Shown here in pieces: positions 20,726-29,707 of a DNA stretch of 64,000 nt. The stretch comes from a virus: the IMG/VR virus record IMGVR_UViG_3300048837_000984, positions 64,001 through 128,000 of that record; one strand, written 5' to 3'. The notes below the pieces were generated by a model, which ran no database searches, was not told where the DNA came from, and saw only the letters and a list, made by a program, of their open reading frames with translations. Each line of letters begins with the position of its first letter. Within the stretch, counting starts at the first letter, position 1. A program made the translations under genes and the position numbers.

Positions 20726-21496
20726 TCACCTCCTCTCCGTCAGTAGGTCGATTGCCCAGCATCCCCGGTAGTGCGGCCCCTCGGATCGCAGGTGGGCGAG
20801 CAGGGGGTGCGGCAACTGCAGCCGTCCGCCACACTCATCGCACAATTTCGTCCGCGACGCAGGCACCTTCCTGTTTCCGCCAAGGCTCCCAGTGCCACCG
20901 CACCGGCAGCATGTCTCGTCGGTCGGCAACCCCGCATCAATCAGCGCGTCACTCAGCACCAGCAGCCTGTCCGGGTCTAGGGTACCGTCCTCGCAGCGTT
21001 CCTGGTACGCGGCTTCGGCGAGGGAGAGGACGAGGGGCGTGAGGACAGGGGAGGGTCCGTGCCCGGTGCCGTGGCAGGTGTCGCAGTTACGCGAGTCGGG
21101 CGGAACATCCCTTTGCTGGTAATACCGGAGGATGACCTTGCCGAAGCCCTTGCACTTCCCGCACACCTCCCCCACCGGCAGCGTGACCGGGCGGAAGGGG
21201 TTGCCGAGCACCTCACGGACAGCATCAGCGACCGTGCCCGCGTCTGTGTCCAGGGCGAAGTGGTAGTCGTCGTAATCGCCCTTGCTGCCTTCCCACTGGA
21301 CGTTGGCCGTCAGCCTGCGTCCGCCAGGAGAACTGGTCCACCGAATCCCGCGAATATTGGTAAAGTCCTCGTTGCGCAGCATTGCGTACCCGACCAGCAG
21401 CAATTTCCGTTCGCTGGGCTTGTACTGAGGTGTGTGAACGACGAAAGACATCATCGCCACCGGGTCCGTACTCGCCAGCCATTCCTGCTCTGTCAC
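20726..21496 (-). CDS. Gemmataceae-type paralog-family protein with two Zn-ribbon inserts
   Basis: TEQEWLASTDP, GNPFRPV, LSDALIDAG, HLRSEGPHYRGCWAIDLL. Confidence 0.8.
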   Translation of the reverse strand: MTEQEWLASTDPVAMMSFVVHTPQYKPSERKLLLVGYAMLRNEDFTNIRGIRWTSSPGGRRLTANVQWEGSKGDYDDYHFALDTDAGTVADAVREVLGNPFRPVTLPVGEVCGKCKGFGKVILRYYQQRDVPPDSRNCDTCHGTGHGPSPVLTPLVLSLAEAAYQERCEDGTLDPDRLLVLSDALIDAGLPTDETCCRCGGTGSLGGNRKVPASRTKLCDECGGRLQLPHPLLAHLRSEGPHYRGCWAIDLLTERR

Positions 21497-21500
21497 AATC

Positions 21501-21665
21501 TCACCTCCTGTCCCCTGGTGTAGTCCAGTCGTGCAGCCACTCACCGAAAGAATCCACAGAGCGAATGGTTCCGAACAAGCTGATAAAGCGGCACACCTGC
21601 ATTACCGGGTGGGCAATCAGGTTGTGTATTGCCCACCAAAATTCTCGATGCAGAAATTCCGTCAC
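21501..21665 (-). CDS. small phage hypothetical protein
   Basis: WWAIHNLIAHP...WLHDWTTP; GTGA coupling. Confidence 0.6.
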   Translation of the reverse strand: MTEFLHREFWWAIHNLIAHPVMQVCRFISLFGTIRSVDSFGEWLHDWTTPGDRR

Positions 21666-22114
21666 CCCCTCACCTCCTGCCTTTGTCCCTGTCCCCTCGC
21701 CCACCGGATCGCCCGGCGGGATGCGTCGTCGATGGCGTCCTGGCGGGTGTCGTAGGGATACCAGTCCCGTTTGCGAAACCACGCTGCCGGTAAGGCGTAT
21801 GGGAGTTCTAAGTGCTGGTAAGCAAACCAGGAATACTTGCCCGCCAATTCCTCTCGAATCCAGTCCGCATGTTCGTCGTCATACTCCGGCTCCCGATCCG
21901 ACAACTCCACCCGCTCCAGTGCCACCCTCCGCACCAGCCCCGGACCCACCTCCAGCCAGTCAGCCAGCGTCCCCCGCCAGACGCCGGTGATGCCCACCTC
22001 GGTGAGCCTCACGCCGTTGTCCTCGCACCAGCCCAGCCAGGCGAACCGGGCTACGGGGTCGCCCTGGTAGTGGGCGTCGAGCAGGGCGGTTTCCAGGTCG
22101 GTGGTTGGTGTCAT
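21662..22114 (-). CDS. TIGR02996-like domain protein
   Basis: ALLDAHYQGDPVARFAWLGWCEDNG...VELSDREP. Confidence 0.65.
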   Translation of the reverse strand: MTPTTDLETALLDAHYQGDPVARFAWLGWCEDNGVRLTEVGITGVWRGTLADWLEVGPGLVRRVALERVELSDREPEYDDEHADWIREELAGKYSWFAYQHLELPYALPAAWFRKRDWYPYDTRQDAIDDASRRAIRWARGQGQRQEVRG

Positions 22115-22194
22115 CCTCTCCCCTCCCTCCCCACCGTGCCGGTTAGCCGGTCGCGGCTAAACCTCCCGCGACACCCGGCGCGGCGGGGGTGGTT

Positions 22195-23022
22195 TCACTG
22201 GCCTTGTTTCTTTGCCGCCTCAAGTATCACGTTTAGGTCTGCGGCACTGATCTCCTGAGACGACGGACGCAGGGCCAGAGGCAGCCCCTCCCCGTACAAC
22301 TCTGCCCACCTCGCCAACGCCGCATCGACCATCTCGCCGAGCGAGGCGGGACTGTCCTCGGTGCCGATGCCGACGTGGTTCGGCTTGTCGCTGTCAATCG
22401 GCTTGTTCCACACGACCACCACTTCCCGCTTGTTCGTCGCCGGGTGGCAGATGTCGATCAACTCCAGCATCTCGGCGTCCTGGCAGCCTTCGACGCTGAC
22501 GACTGCCGTGCGGAATCCTTCGCGCTGCTGCACCCACGCCCGCAGCCGGGACAGGGCGGATTCCTCGGACTGCTCGCGGAGTCGGGCGTTCTCGGCACGC
22601 AGGCGGTCCAGTTCCGCCTTCATCCCCTCGAACGCGCCCCATGCGTACCCGCACAGCCACACGTCATGCGGGCAGTGTTCCGGCTCTGCCGATTCCGGCA
22701 AGCCGTCCTTCGCGGCCTGATAGCCCGCGTTGAATTCATCGATCTCCTCAGCGTACTCACGACGAGACTGGGCAAGTTCTGCCTCTACCGCCTGGCACCG
22801 CCTGATCCAGTACGGCAGGGCTTCGCGGGACTCACAGATAAAGCAGGCGTTGTAAACCATCTGCTCGACGGAATGCTCTTTGCAATCCATGTTGGCGATG
22901 ATTGGTCCGTAGCCCCGTTCGTCTTCCGGCTCTCGGACTGAGTACCCGCTGACGGATTCCCACGGTCCCGGCGTTGCCGCATTGCACAACTCCAGGTCCT
23001 TCTCGGTGTCTCGCTCGCTCAT
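22195..23022 (-). CDS. Ead/Ea22-like phage protein with an RMF-like segment
   Basis: AATPGPWE N-terminus; FNAGYQAAKDG...WLCGY; coiled coil. Confidence 0.55.
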   Translation of the reverse strand: MSERDTEKDLELCNAATPGPWESVSGYSVREPEDERGYGPIIANMDCKEHSVEQMVYNACFICESREALPYWIRRCQAVEAELAQSRREYAEEIDEFNAGYQAAKDGLPESAEPEHCPHDVWLCGYAWGAFEGMKAELDRLRAENARLREQSEESALSRLRAWVQQREGFRTAVVSVEGCQDAEMLELIDICHPATNKREVVVVWNKPIDSDKPNHVGIGTEDSPASLGEMVDAALARWAELYGEGLPLALRPSSQEISAADLNVILEAAKKQGQ

Positions 23023-23477
23023 CCCTGTGTCTCCTCCGTGTAAATCGCCTTGATGTTGTCGAGGGCGACTTCGGCAGTGTCGAATGGGCTCGCACCAAGG
23101 AAAACATTCACGCCGTTAGCAGAGCGTGTCACAAAGTGGAACGTGCCGTGAATAACGCCACCGTTGTTCTGGACCAGTTCCACCTTCGTCCCGATCGCCG
23201 TCTTCAGGATCAGGTCTTCCTTGCTGACCTCCACTCGCCTGGGTGGCCGGTGGAGGAGGAGAATCGTGACTGAACTGCGACCAGTAGTGACCGCATCGAT
23301 GGGTCTGTTGAGATTTGCGCCGGTGTCGAAAATAATTGAGTTGAACCAGAGGCAGTCTACCACGCCCTCGTCAATCTCCTTGTAGCCGCTGGGCCAGACC
23401 CGGGTAATCCGGACCGTGTCACCCTTGAGGACCTCATTCGGTGCAATAGGCTTGCCGCCGTTACATGCGTCAGTCAT
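23019..23477 (-). CDS. hypothetical protein (paralog of 23853 and the 18158 C-terminus)
   Basis: VLKGDTVRIT...ILLLHRPPRRVEVSKEDLI. Confidence 0.65.
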   Translation of the reverse strand: MTDACNGGKPIAPNEVLKGDTVRITRVWPSGYKEIDEGVVDCLWFNSIIFDTGANLNRPIDAVTTGRSSVTILLLHRPPRRVEVSKEDLILKTAIGTKVELVQNNGGVIHGTFHFVTRSANGVNVFLGASPFDTAEVALDNIKAIYTEETQG

Positions 23478-23856
23478 TGTCTTCATCCTTAGAAGGGGTT
23501 TCGAACAGGAAAACAGTGTCCTGGTTAGGGGCTGAAAGCATCCACTCAGCCAACTCGCTATCCGCGACAAAGAGACGTAAGACCACCTCGTCGGTGAGAC
23601 GCCATTCCAGAGCCACCTCGGCAGAGGGTTCCCAGAAATAGATGTCGTCAGGGTACCGCATCTTCTGAAGTCGCGGGAGGAGAGTCCGAACCAGGTCCTT
23701 CTGGAACTCGGTAAAGTCACCCTGCGAATCCAGGTCGGCGATCGTCGTCAAGATGGTCCCCCACCTCACGTCCTGCTCGCCGACCTGGAGTTGCTCGATC
23801 GTCTTATGTATTCGCCCGGGACGCATAAAGCGTAGGCCCTCAAAAAGTACTATCAC
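23470..23856 (-). CDS. hypothetical protein
   Basis: 128-aa coupled ORF. Confidence 0.6.
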   Translation of the reverse strand: MIVLFEGLRFMRPGRIHKTIEQLQVGEQDVRWGTILTTIADLDSQGDFTEFQKDLVRTLLPRLQKMRYPDDIYFWEPSAEVALEWRLTDEVVLRLFVADSELAEWMLSAPNQDTVFLFETPSKDEDND

Positions 23857-24263
23857 TCTTCAATCCAGAGCTTCTCGACATCGTCCAGGGAACACTCCGT
23901 TAATGATGCAAAATCGAACATCCAGGACTTGCTGCTGCGCCAGACAATGCCGAAGATCCCGGTAATGTCGACCGTTTTGTCCTTGAACCGAACGACCAGG
24001 GTAGCCCCCGACTGGACGTTGTAGATCAGCTCCTCTTTCGTGATCTCGCGTCGCTTCTTTGCCCGGTGGAGGAGGATAATCTTCGTACCAGAATCAACCG
24101 GGACCCATTGCTTCTGGTAGCTGTACTTGAGCCAGACGCCCCCGGGCCTGACGCCGACCAAAGTACCGGTCTCGGTCCTTGTGTACTCCCCGTCGAAGTA
24201 TGTGTTGGTGACCTGGATCTTGTCGTTGACCTGAAGCTCTCCGACCTTGACTTCCTTACTCAT
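23853..24263 (-). CDS. hypothetical protein
   Basis: LQVNDKIQVT...IILLHRAKKRREITKEELI. Confidence 0.65.
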   Translation of the reverse strand: MSKEVKVGELQVNDKIQVTNTYFDGEYTRTETGTLVGVRPGGVWLKYSYQKQWVPVDSGTKIILLHRAKKRREITKEELIYNVQSGATLVVRFKDKTVDITGIFGIVWRSSKSWMFDFASLTECSLDDVEKLWIEE

Positions 24264-24283
24264 TGCCGTCTCCTTGTGGTGGT

Positions 24284-24490
24284 TTACGAGCTGAAACGCA
24301 ACGCCACAGTCTGCTTCCGGAGTCGCCGATGTCTTACGGCTTCCTCTCCATTAAACTTGAACCGGCACCGCATCCCGTACACCGCCGCATACGACAGAAA
24401 CTGACCGGGAGCCTCTCGCTGAAGACGCTGGTTTCGCTTCAGCGCCTTTCTTGCCTTGAGGAGTTCCTCATCACTCTTCTTTTTAGCCAT
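24284..24490 (-). CDS. small basic protein
   Basis: 68 aa, Lys/Arg-rich. Confidence 0.55.
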   Translation of the reverse strand: MAKKKSDEELLKARKALKRNQRLQREAPGQFLSYAAVYGMRCRFKFNGEEAVRHRRLRKQTVALRFSS

Positions 24491-24744
24491 CAGACAGCCT
24501 CGTGACCCTGGTCGTTGTTCGCGCGGATTGCGTCGGCGATCTCTTTCTGGTTGTTATCCCAGTACTCACTGGCAGCTAAGAGATCATCGAACGTGAGAAA
24601 CGGAAAATAGTCTGGACCCATGACGTCTGTGAAATACACGTCATGGGTCCACAGCTCTGCCAGTTGCCACACGGCAACCCGGGTATCCCGGATACAGGCT
24701 TCCCCGCCCATCACTCCAGGAGTCTTCTTGATTAGACTACTCAT
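24490..24744 (-). CDS. DUF433 family protein
   Basis: IKKTPGVMGGEACIRDTRVAVW...FLTFDDLLAA.EY. Confidence 0.8.
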   Translation of the reverse strand: MSSLIKKTPGVMGGEACIRDTRVAVWQLAELWTHDVYFTDVMGPDYFPFLTFDDLLAASEYWDNNQKEIADAIRANNDQGHEAV

Positions 24745-24770
24745 CCTAACCCTTCCACTTCTTTTAGCTG

Positions 24771-25142
24771 TCAAGCGGTACCCGGATACCGTTGCTCCCA
24801 CTCCCGCAACGCCGCGTCGACCAGCTGACCGAACGTCGGCGGGTTCTCCGGGGAACCCACAACCGTGATGTTCTCGTCTTCAGCGTCCAGGCCCACAAAG
24901 ATGCTCAAGACCCGGTTATTGGCATCCGTGCCGATGATGTGGAGGAGCTGGTCGTCCAGGCTGTAGTAGCGACCGCTCTGGGCACTCTTCCACTCCCGCA
25001 GGCGAGCGTGGGCTGTAACCTCGAGTCGGTCTTGCAGATGTTGCTTGAGCCAGTAAGACAGAGCCTCAGCCATGAAGTCGAAGGCGTCGTTCTTCTCTTC
25101 GAACGTACCCAGCTTGTCCAGGTCTTCCTGTGCATTACGCAT
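24771..25142 (-). CDS. hypothetical protein
   Basis: C-terminal FGQLVDAALREW shared with 22195. Confidence 0.65.
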   Translation of the reverse strand: MRNAQEDLDKLGTFEEKNDAFDFMAEALSYWLKQHLQDRLEVTAHARLREWKSAQSGRYYSLDDQLLHIIGTDANNRVLSIFVGLDAEDENITVVGSPENPPTFGQLVDAALREWEQRYPGTA

Positions 25143-25702
25143 TACTCAGTCTCTTTAGGTTTGATAGGTGGCTGAAGCCTACATGGCTCCAGCTTTTCAC
25201 CTAGAAGAAATCGCTTTGTACGGTCGACCGCCCAGTGCCAACAGGCGTGAGCCAGCGCGTCCTGGGGGCTTGGGATCGAGGTTTCCGTGCCCGAGCTGGC
25301 ACGGATTTGCGCTGAATCGTCACCGGCGTAAAAGGTTTCCAACCGCCAGTTTGGCAGGAACTGCAGTACCTCGAGCGGCACTTCGGAATCGTCGTCTTCT
25401 ATGTCGTCGGCAGTGAAACTCCACCAGTAGCCGCGATAGGTGAGACGATCTTCAATGTACAGAGAGTCTTCATCCACAACACCTAGGACAACCGCATCCA
25501 TATGGTTGGCTAGCCAGTCCTCTATCGGGAACTCTAGCCGGTTGTGGGTCATTGTCAGCCAGGTCTGTAGCTGGTTGATCTGGTCTACCTGGTCAGGATA
25601 GTTCTCAACCAGGTAGTCATGGAAAACCGCAATGGTGGCCTGGGTGTCTTTCCGTGCTAGCAGAGACTCGACGAACGAGACCACCAGTGGGTCATCTTTC
25701 AT
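25142..25702 (-). CDS. TIGR02996-like domain protein (divergent)
   Basis: FVESLLARKDTQATIAVFHDYLVEN. Confidence 0.6.
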   Translation of the reverse strand: MKDDPLVVSFVESLLARKDTQATIAVFHDYLVENYPDQVDQINQLQTWLTMTHNRLEFPIEDWLANHMDAVVLGVVDEDSLYIEDRLTYRGYWWSFTADDIEDDDSEVPLEVLQFLPNWRLETFYAGDDSAQIRASSGTETSIPSPQDALAHACWHWAVDRTKRFLLGEKLEPCRLQPPIKPKETE

Positions 25703-25941
25703 ACGTAGTCCTCTGGTTTGGCCAACCTGGCTGAGACAGTCCGGCCGTTACGGTTGTCGATAACCAGCAACGCGATTCGCAGGATTTTTGCGCCCGTGAG
25801 TGTCGAATTTACCCACCGGGCGACACGTCGGATGGCGACAGTCATCCCGTCAGGACAGCCAAACACGTTCAAGGACAGACTTTTCTTCATTTCCTCGTGC
25901 AGGTAAAGAATCTCAGCCCGCAGGTGGGTATTACATTTCAT
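25699..25941 (-). CDS. hypothetical protein
   Basis: ATGA-coupled 80-aa ORF. Confidence 0.55.
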   Translation of the reverse strand: MKCNTHLRAEILYLHEEMKKSLSLNVFGCPDGMTVAIRRVARWVNSTLTGAKILRIALLVIDNRNGRTVSARLAKPEDYV

Positions 25942-25965
25942 ACTGGGTTCCTTTCTGCAGAGTGA

Positions 25966-26487
25966 TCAGTCTTCGATCTCGAAAAACTCCCTGAAACTGT
26001 GAACCGCCCAATGCCAGCACGCCTTGTTCAGGTCTTTCAGTGCCAACGCAAGCGAGTACGGATACGGTGGCTCAGCCTTAAAGTAAGATCCGCTGAAATT
26101 GGAAAGGTCTCGCAGCTGCCAACCCACGAGGAAATTCAGGATCTTCAGGGGAACGTGCGACCGGTCGTCTTCGAGTGACGGGTCTAGAAAGCTCCACCAG
26201 CCGGCACCGTAAGGAATCCGGTCCGTAATAACTAGCGTTTTCTCTGACAGGCCCGCATAAAGCACCACAGCTTCCTTGTGGAAGTTCAGCCACTCCTCCA
26301 AGGTAAAGAGCTTCTGTTCGTCTCGCTTGCTCAACAGATAGGGCACGCTCTCCAGGAACAGTGCCTGGCTTACAGCCTTTGGGTAGTTCTCCAGCAAGTA
26401 GTCGCGAAAGATGGCTGCAGTTGTCAGGGTCTCTTTGTGGGCGATAAGGTCGTCTACGAAAGCCTTAACCACGGGGTCATGACTCAA
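25966..26487 (-). CDS. TIGR02996-like domain protein (divergent)
   Basis: FVDDLIAHKETLTTAAIFRDYLLEN; TTG start. Confidence 0.6.
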   Translation of the reverse strand: MSHDPVVKAFVDDLIAHKETLTTAAIFRDYLLENYPKAVSQALFLESVPYLLSKRDEQKLFTLEEWLNFHKEAVVLYAGLSEKTLVITDRIPYGAGWWSFLDPSLEDDRSHVPLKILNFLVGWQLRDLSNFSGSYFKAEPPYPYSLALALKDLNKACWHWAVHSFREFFEIED

Positions 26488-26924
26488 GCTTCTTCTCCCA
26501 TTCTTCCAGGGCATCGCCCACCAAATGAGTCAAAGCCTCCACAGGGTTGTCTGAAGCGCCCAGGGAAGGACCCCGGACGATAACATCGTTCTGCTTGTCG
26601 TAGAGCTCCAGAAGTGCGTAACCGGTAGTGGTAGCGTCTGACAGGCAAAAGCCTCCCGCGGCATTGTCATGCTTCCAGGCGGCTAATCGCAGGACCGGGC
26701 TTTGACCCGCTGCGTCAGCCAGATCCGCATTCAGCTTTACCAGGCGCCAGTTGTCCTTGCGGAGCTCGTCGATTCGGGCTCGAAGCTCTTCGTTCAGTTC
26801 GGTTAGACAAAGGTAGCGGTTCTCAACCCAGGAGTCGACCCAGCGCAGAATCCCACCAGCCAGCCAGCCCGATGGCCAGGGCCATAGCTGCCGTGGCCAG
26901 CAACATGTAAACGATATCCATCAT
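26477..26924 (-). pseudogene. frameshifted membrane-anchored coiled-coil protein
   Basis: MMDIVYMLLATAAMALAIG continues as WLAGGILRWVDSW...VGDALEEWEKKLES only after removing one G near 26868-26870; span is 3n+1. Confidence 0.6.
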
Positions 26925-27235
26925 TCAACCGTCTCCTTGCGAATGTACTTGCGAACGATCTCATCGAACGTTAGCTCTCGCTCGTTGAGTCCGGCCCGGT
27001 TGCCAGAAATGACATCCAGGGCCGTCCAGCCGTCCACTGTCGAAGATCCGAACTTTTCTACCCGCTCAAGGCGCTCGTCGAGCTTTGCGAAGCCTTCCTC
27101 GCCGTACTTGGACTTGTAGTACTCCTTGAACTCCTCAAGCGACATGCCGTAGGTAACCGGAGCGTCCACGATTGTGGACCACTCCAGGTAGTAGGGTACG
27201 CCGTCATCAACAATCTTAACAATGTATCTGGGCAT
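26921..27235 (-). CDS. phage hypothetical protein
   Basis: YYLEWSTIVDAPVTYGM. Confidence 0.7.
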   Translation of the reverse strand: MPRYIVKIVDDGVPYYLEWSTIVDAPVTYGMSLEEFKEYYKSKYGEEGFAKLDERLERVEKFGSSTVDGWTALDVISGNRAGLNERELTFDEIVRKYIRKETVE

Positions 27236-27237
27236 GA

Positions 27238-27669
27238 TTACTCCTTCGGTCTCTTATGGGGTCGGGCCGTAAAATAGGCCCACAGTATAGCCGTCCGACT
27301 TAGCCAGGCGTTTGCCGCTCTTACGCTAGAAAATTCTTTGCACGCGGAATTGAGAAGATACGGCGGAAGGTGGATTGTTGTCCTACAGCTTGCGTTGTTG
27401 CAACAATACCAACGACAGATTCCGGGCTCGATAAGGTTTACTCTTCTTTCCTGGAAAACCACACGAACTATTGGCATAGCCAGAACCAAGGTCGGACCTT
27501 CGATGTGCCACAATGCCGTGGTCGTTCTGGTAACTATTCTGTCAGCGTTGTCCGGTAAGCTCAGGCCGTGATCCGTGTGGTAGTCCAGCCAGGCTAGCCG
27601 GGCAACTGGGTTGTTGTTGACATAGAAGTCGTGGAGCATCTCGTCCAGGATGTCGCTGTGGTCGGTCAA
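27238..27669 (-). CDS. TIGR02996-like domain protein
   Basis: MLHDFYVNNNPVARLAWLDYHTDHG. Confidence 0.6.
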   Translation of the reverse strand: MTDHSDILDEMLHDFYVNNNPVARLAWLDYHTDHGLSLPDNADRIVTRTTTALWHIEGPTLVLAMPIVRVVFQERRVNLIEPGICRWYCCNNASCRTTIHLPPYLLNSACKEFSSVRAANAWLSRTAILWAYFTARPHKRPKE

Positions 27670-27671
27670 CT

Positions 27672-28124
27672 CTAGGCCTCCAACTTAATTTTTAAGTCCG
27701 GACGTGCTTGGCTGTATGCCCACAGGATAGCCGTCCGACTCAGCCAGGCTTTCGCAGCATCCTTGGTCGGGAAACTCTTACTACTGCCTGCCGGGAGCCA
27801 GGCTGACGAGATATGGTAAGAGCAGGAACAGCTGTTAAAGGATCTACATCCGTGCCAGTAATACCTGGAGTCAGTAGGAGCGTTTTGGAGCGGCTCGAGA
27901 TCCCGAAACGTGACCACCAGCAACGGGCATTTCAGGACCTCGAGACGACCAGAATTCACCCATCTCCTGATGTCGCGAGTGATGCTTCTGCACTGCGCGC
28001 TTTTGTCTAGCTCGATGCCGTGGTCGATGTGGTAGTCCAGCCAGGCCTGCCCAGCCACTGGGTTTTCATTGACATAGAAGTCATAGAGCATGTCATCCAG
28101 CATCTTCTGGTGTTGTAGGTCCAT
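27672..28124 (-). CDS. TIGR02996-like domain protein
   Basis: MLYDFYVNENPVAGQAWLDYHIDHG; tandem paralog of 27238. Confidence 0.6.
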   Translation of the reverse strand: MDLQHQKMLDDMLYDFYVNENPVAGQAWLDYHIDHGIELDKSAQCRSITRDIRRWVNSGRLEVLKCPLLVVTFRDLEPLQNAPTDSRYYWHGCRSFNSCSCSYHISSAWLPAGSSKSFPTKDAAKAWLSRTAILWAYSQARPDLKIKLEA

Positions 28125-28608
28125 GGGATCCTTTCGATGGAAGTACTTGATTGGTCAGATACTTGCGAGGCGTGGGCGGATACATCTCTAGCAGGTGGAC
28201 AGGTTGATTGCGATAAAACCTGAGGTAGAAAGCAAGAGCGCCAGAGATATCGAGAAAGCTGTAATAAGGTACCTTGCTAGTCAAGTAAAAAGTTGAGTGA
28301 AACGTGGCTCGGGCGTATCTGTAATCCGTGTCGCTCTCAAAAGGTGTCGACCCGGGCCAGTAGTGGAACCAGTAGTCTTTGTGGGGTGGCCAGACCCACC
28401 AAATGCAGCCACTGTTAACACCCGCCAACTGAGGAGTGCGCACAAACGGCCAATGGTTGTGGTCGTACAGGAACCGCCAGGCTGCCGCAGTGATGTTATC
28501 GCCCTGATCTTCGCAGAAGTCTGACGCAACAAGAACCGTTGTCCAGTCAGGCTCACCTTCTTCAGAGGTCGCAGCGACCACAGCCTGGAACATGTCGTCG
28601 GCGGTCAT
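28093..28608 (-). CDS. TIGR02996-like domain protein
   Basis: FQAVVA...PDWTTVLVASDFCEDQG. Confidence 0.55.
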   Translation of the reverse strand: MTADDMFQAVVAATSEEGEPDWTTVLVASDFCEDQGDNITAAAWRFLYDHNHWPFVRTPQLAGVNSGCIWWVWPPHKDYWFHYWPGSTPFESDTDYRYARATFHSTFYLTSKVPYYSFLDISGALAFYLRFYRNQPVHLLEMYPPTPRKYLTNQVLPSKGSHGPTTPEDAG

Positions 28609-28647
28609 TGTGCCTCCGCTTGCCTATAGGTGCGATCTCTCACTGAC

Positions 28648-29286
28648 CTACTCCCGTCTGCTGAGAACCCTTTTGCACTCGCCCTGGTAATCGCTTGTTA
28701 AGTCTGTAACCCTTCCAACCCACTCATCCGAACAGGCATGCGCTGGCAAGATTACCCTGTCCCCGACCTTGACCGGAAGGTCTGTGTCGTAGGCATACTT
28801 GCCGTTGACGGTAATGCGTTTCTCGTAAGCTGGCGGGCGACCTACCTTTCTGGCCCAGCGGATAGCCCGCATGCTGGCGCTTTTTTTAGCCCTCTCATGC
28901 GAAGCGTAGACGGCTACGAAGCTCGTCTTCTGGAACGGCCACCACGCCATCGGCAAGAGGTTCTTGCTGTTACCGTAGCGGTAAGCCTCAAACGACTCGG
29001 TCAGGTAAACAGACCAGTGAAACGACAAGAACCCTGGCGTCGGCTGGGGTTCCCTGTCTGTGAACGTTACGGACGGTACCGGCTGCTCGTAAACAATCTG
29101 TGGACCCAGCTTCATCCACTCACTCAGGGTCACCTTGACCCCGTTCACGTAGGTCTTGTCTACAGGCAAGCTGTGCTCCTCTACGTAGTCCAGCCAGACG
29201 CTGCGTGAGAAGTCTATACGAATGCCACGATAGAAATCGTCCAGCATGGCCTGGGTAGTTGCCAGGTGTCTGGGATCTATGACCAT
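28648..29286 (-). CDS. TIGR02996-like domain protein
   Basis: MLDDFY...VWLDYVEEH...GPQIV...VTFTDREP. Confidence 0.6.
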   Translation of the reverse strand: MVIDPRHLATTQAMLDDFYRGIRIDFSRSVWLDYVEEHSLPVDKTYVNGVKVTLSEWMKLGPQIVYEQPVPSVTFTDREPQPTPGFLSFHWSVYLTESFEAYRYGNSKNLLPMAWWPFQKTSFVAVYASHERAKKSASMRAIRWARKVGRPPAYEKRITVNGKYAYDTDLPVKVGDRVILPAHACSDEWVGRVTDLTSDYQGECKRVLSRRE

Positions 29287-29363
29287 TCTCCAGGTTCTCC
29301 TACTTAATTTTTAAGTCCGAACGGGGGGTGGGGATAACCCCACCCCCCGCCACGGACTCAATG

Positions 29364-29630
29364 TTAGTCGTAATCTTCGTCGACGTCAGCATCGTCGTCA
29401 TACTCTGCGGCATCGTCGAAGTCGATGTCGCACGTCATGATCACCATCTTGCCCCCAGGAACTCCAGGAGGCTGGTCCTCGACCATCATGCCGACCGGAT
29501 GCAGAATGACCGCTTCGTCATCCTCGACGATTTGTTCGGCTGACTCGTCCGTCAACATCAGGCTGAACGGCACCTCATCGGGCACGTTCGCCAGGAACTT
29601 CTTGATGTCACCCACCGTCATCGAAGCCAT
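29364..29630 (-). CDS. acidic hypothetical protein
   Basis: MTVGDIKKFLANVPDE; Asp-rich tail. Confidence 0.6.
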   Translation of the reverse strand: MASMTVGDIKKFLANVPDEVPFSLMLTDESAEQIVEDDEAVILHPVGMMVEDQPPGVPGGKMVIMTCDIDFDDAAEYDDDADVDEDYD

Positions 29631-29707
29631 GTTTTCACCCTTTAATCGTTGACAATCGACACTGAACACAGTAGAGTGGAGCTCCACTCTACTGTGTTCA
29701 ACCACTT

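Noticed and set aside
8732-21496. Calling the Zn-ribbon paralogs DnaJ chaperones
   Set aside because: Only CxxCxGxG repeats are present; there is no J-domain HPD motif.
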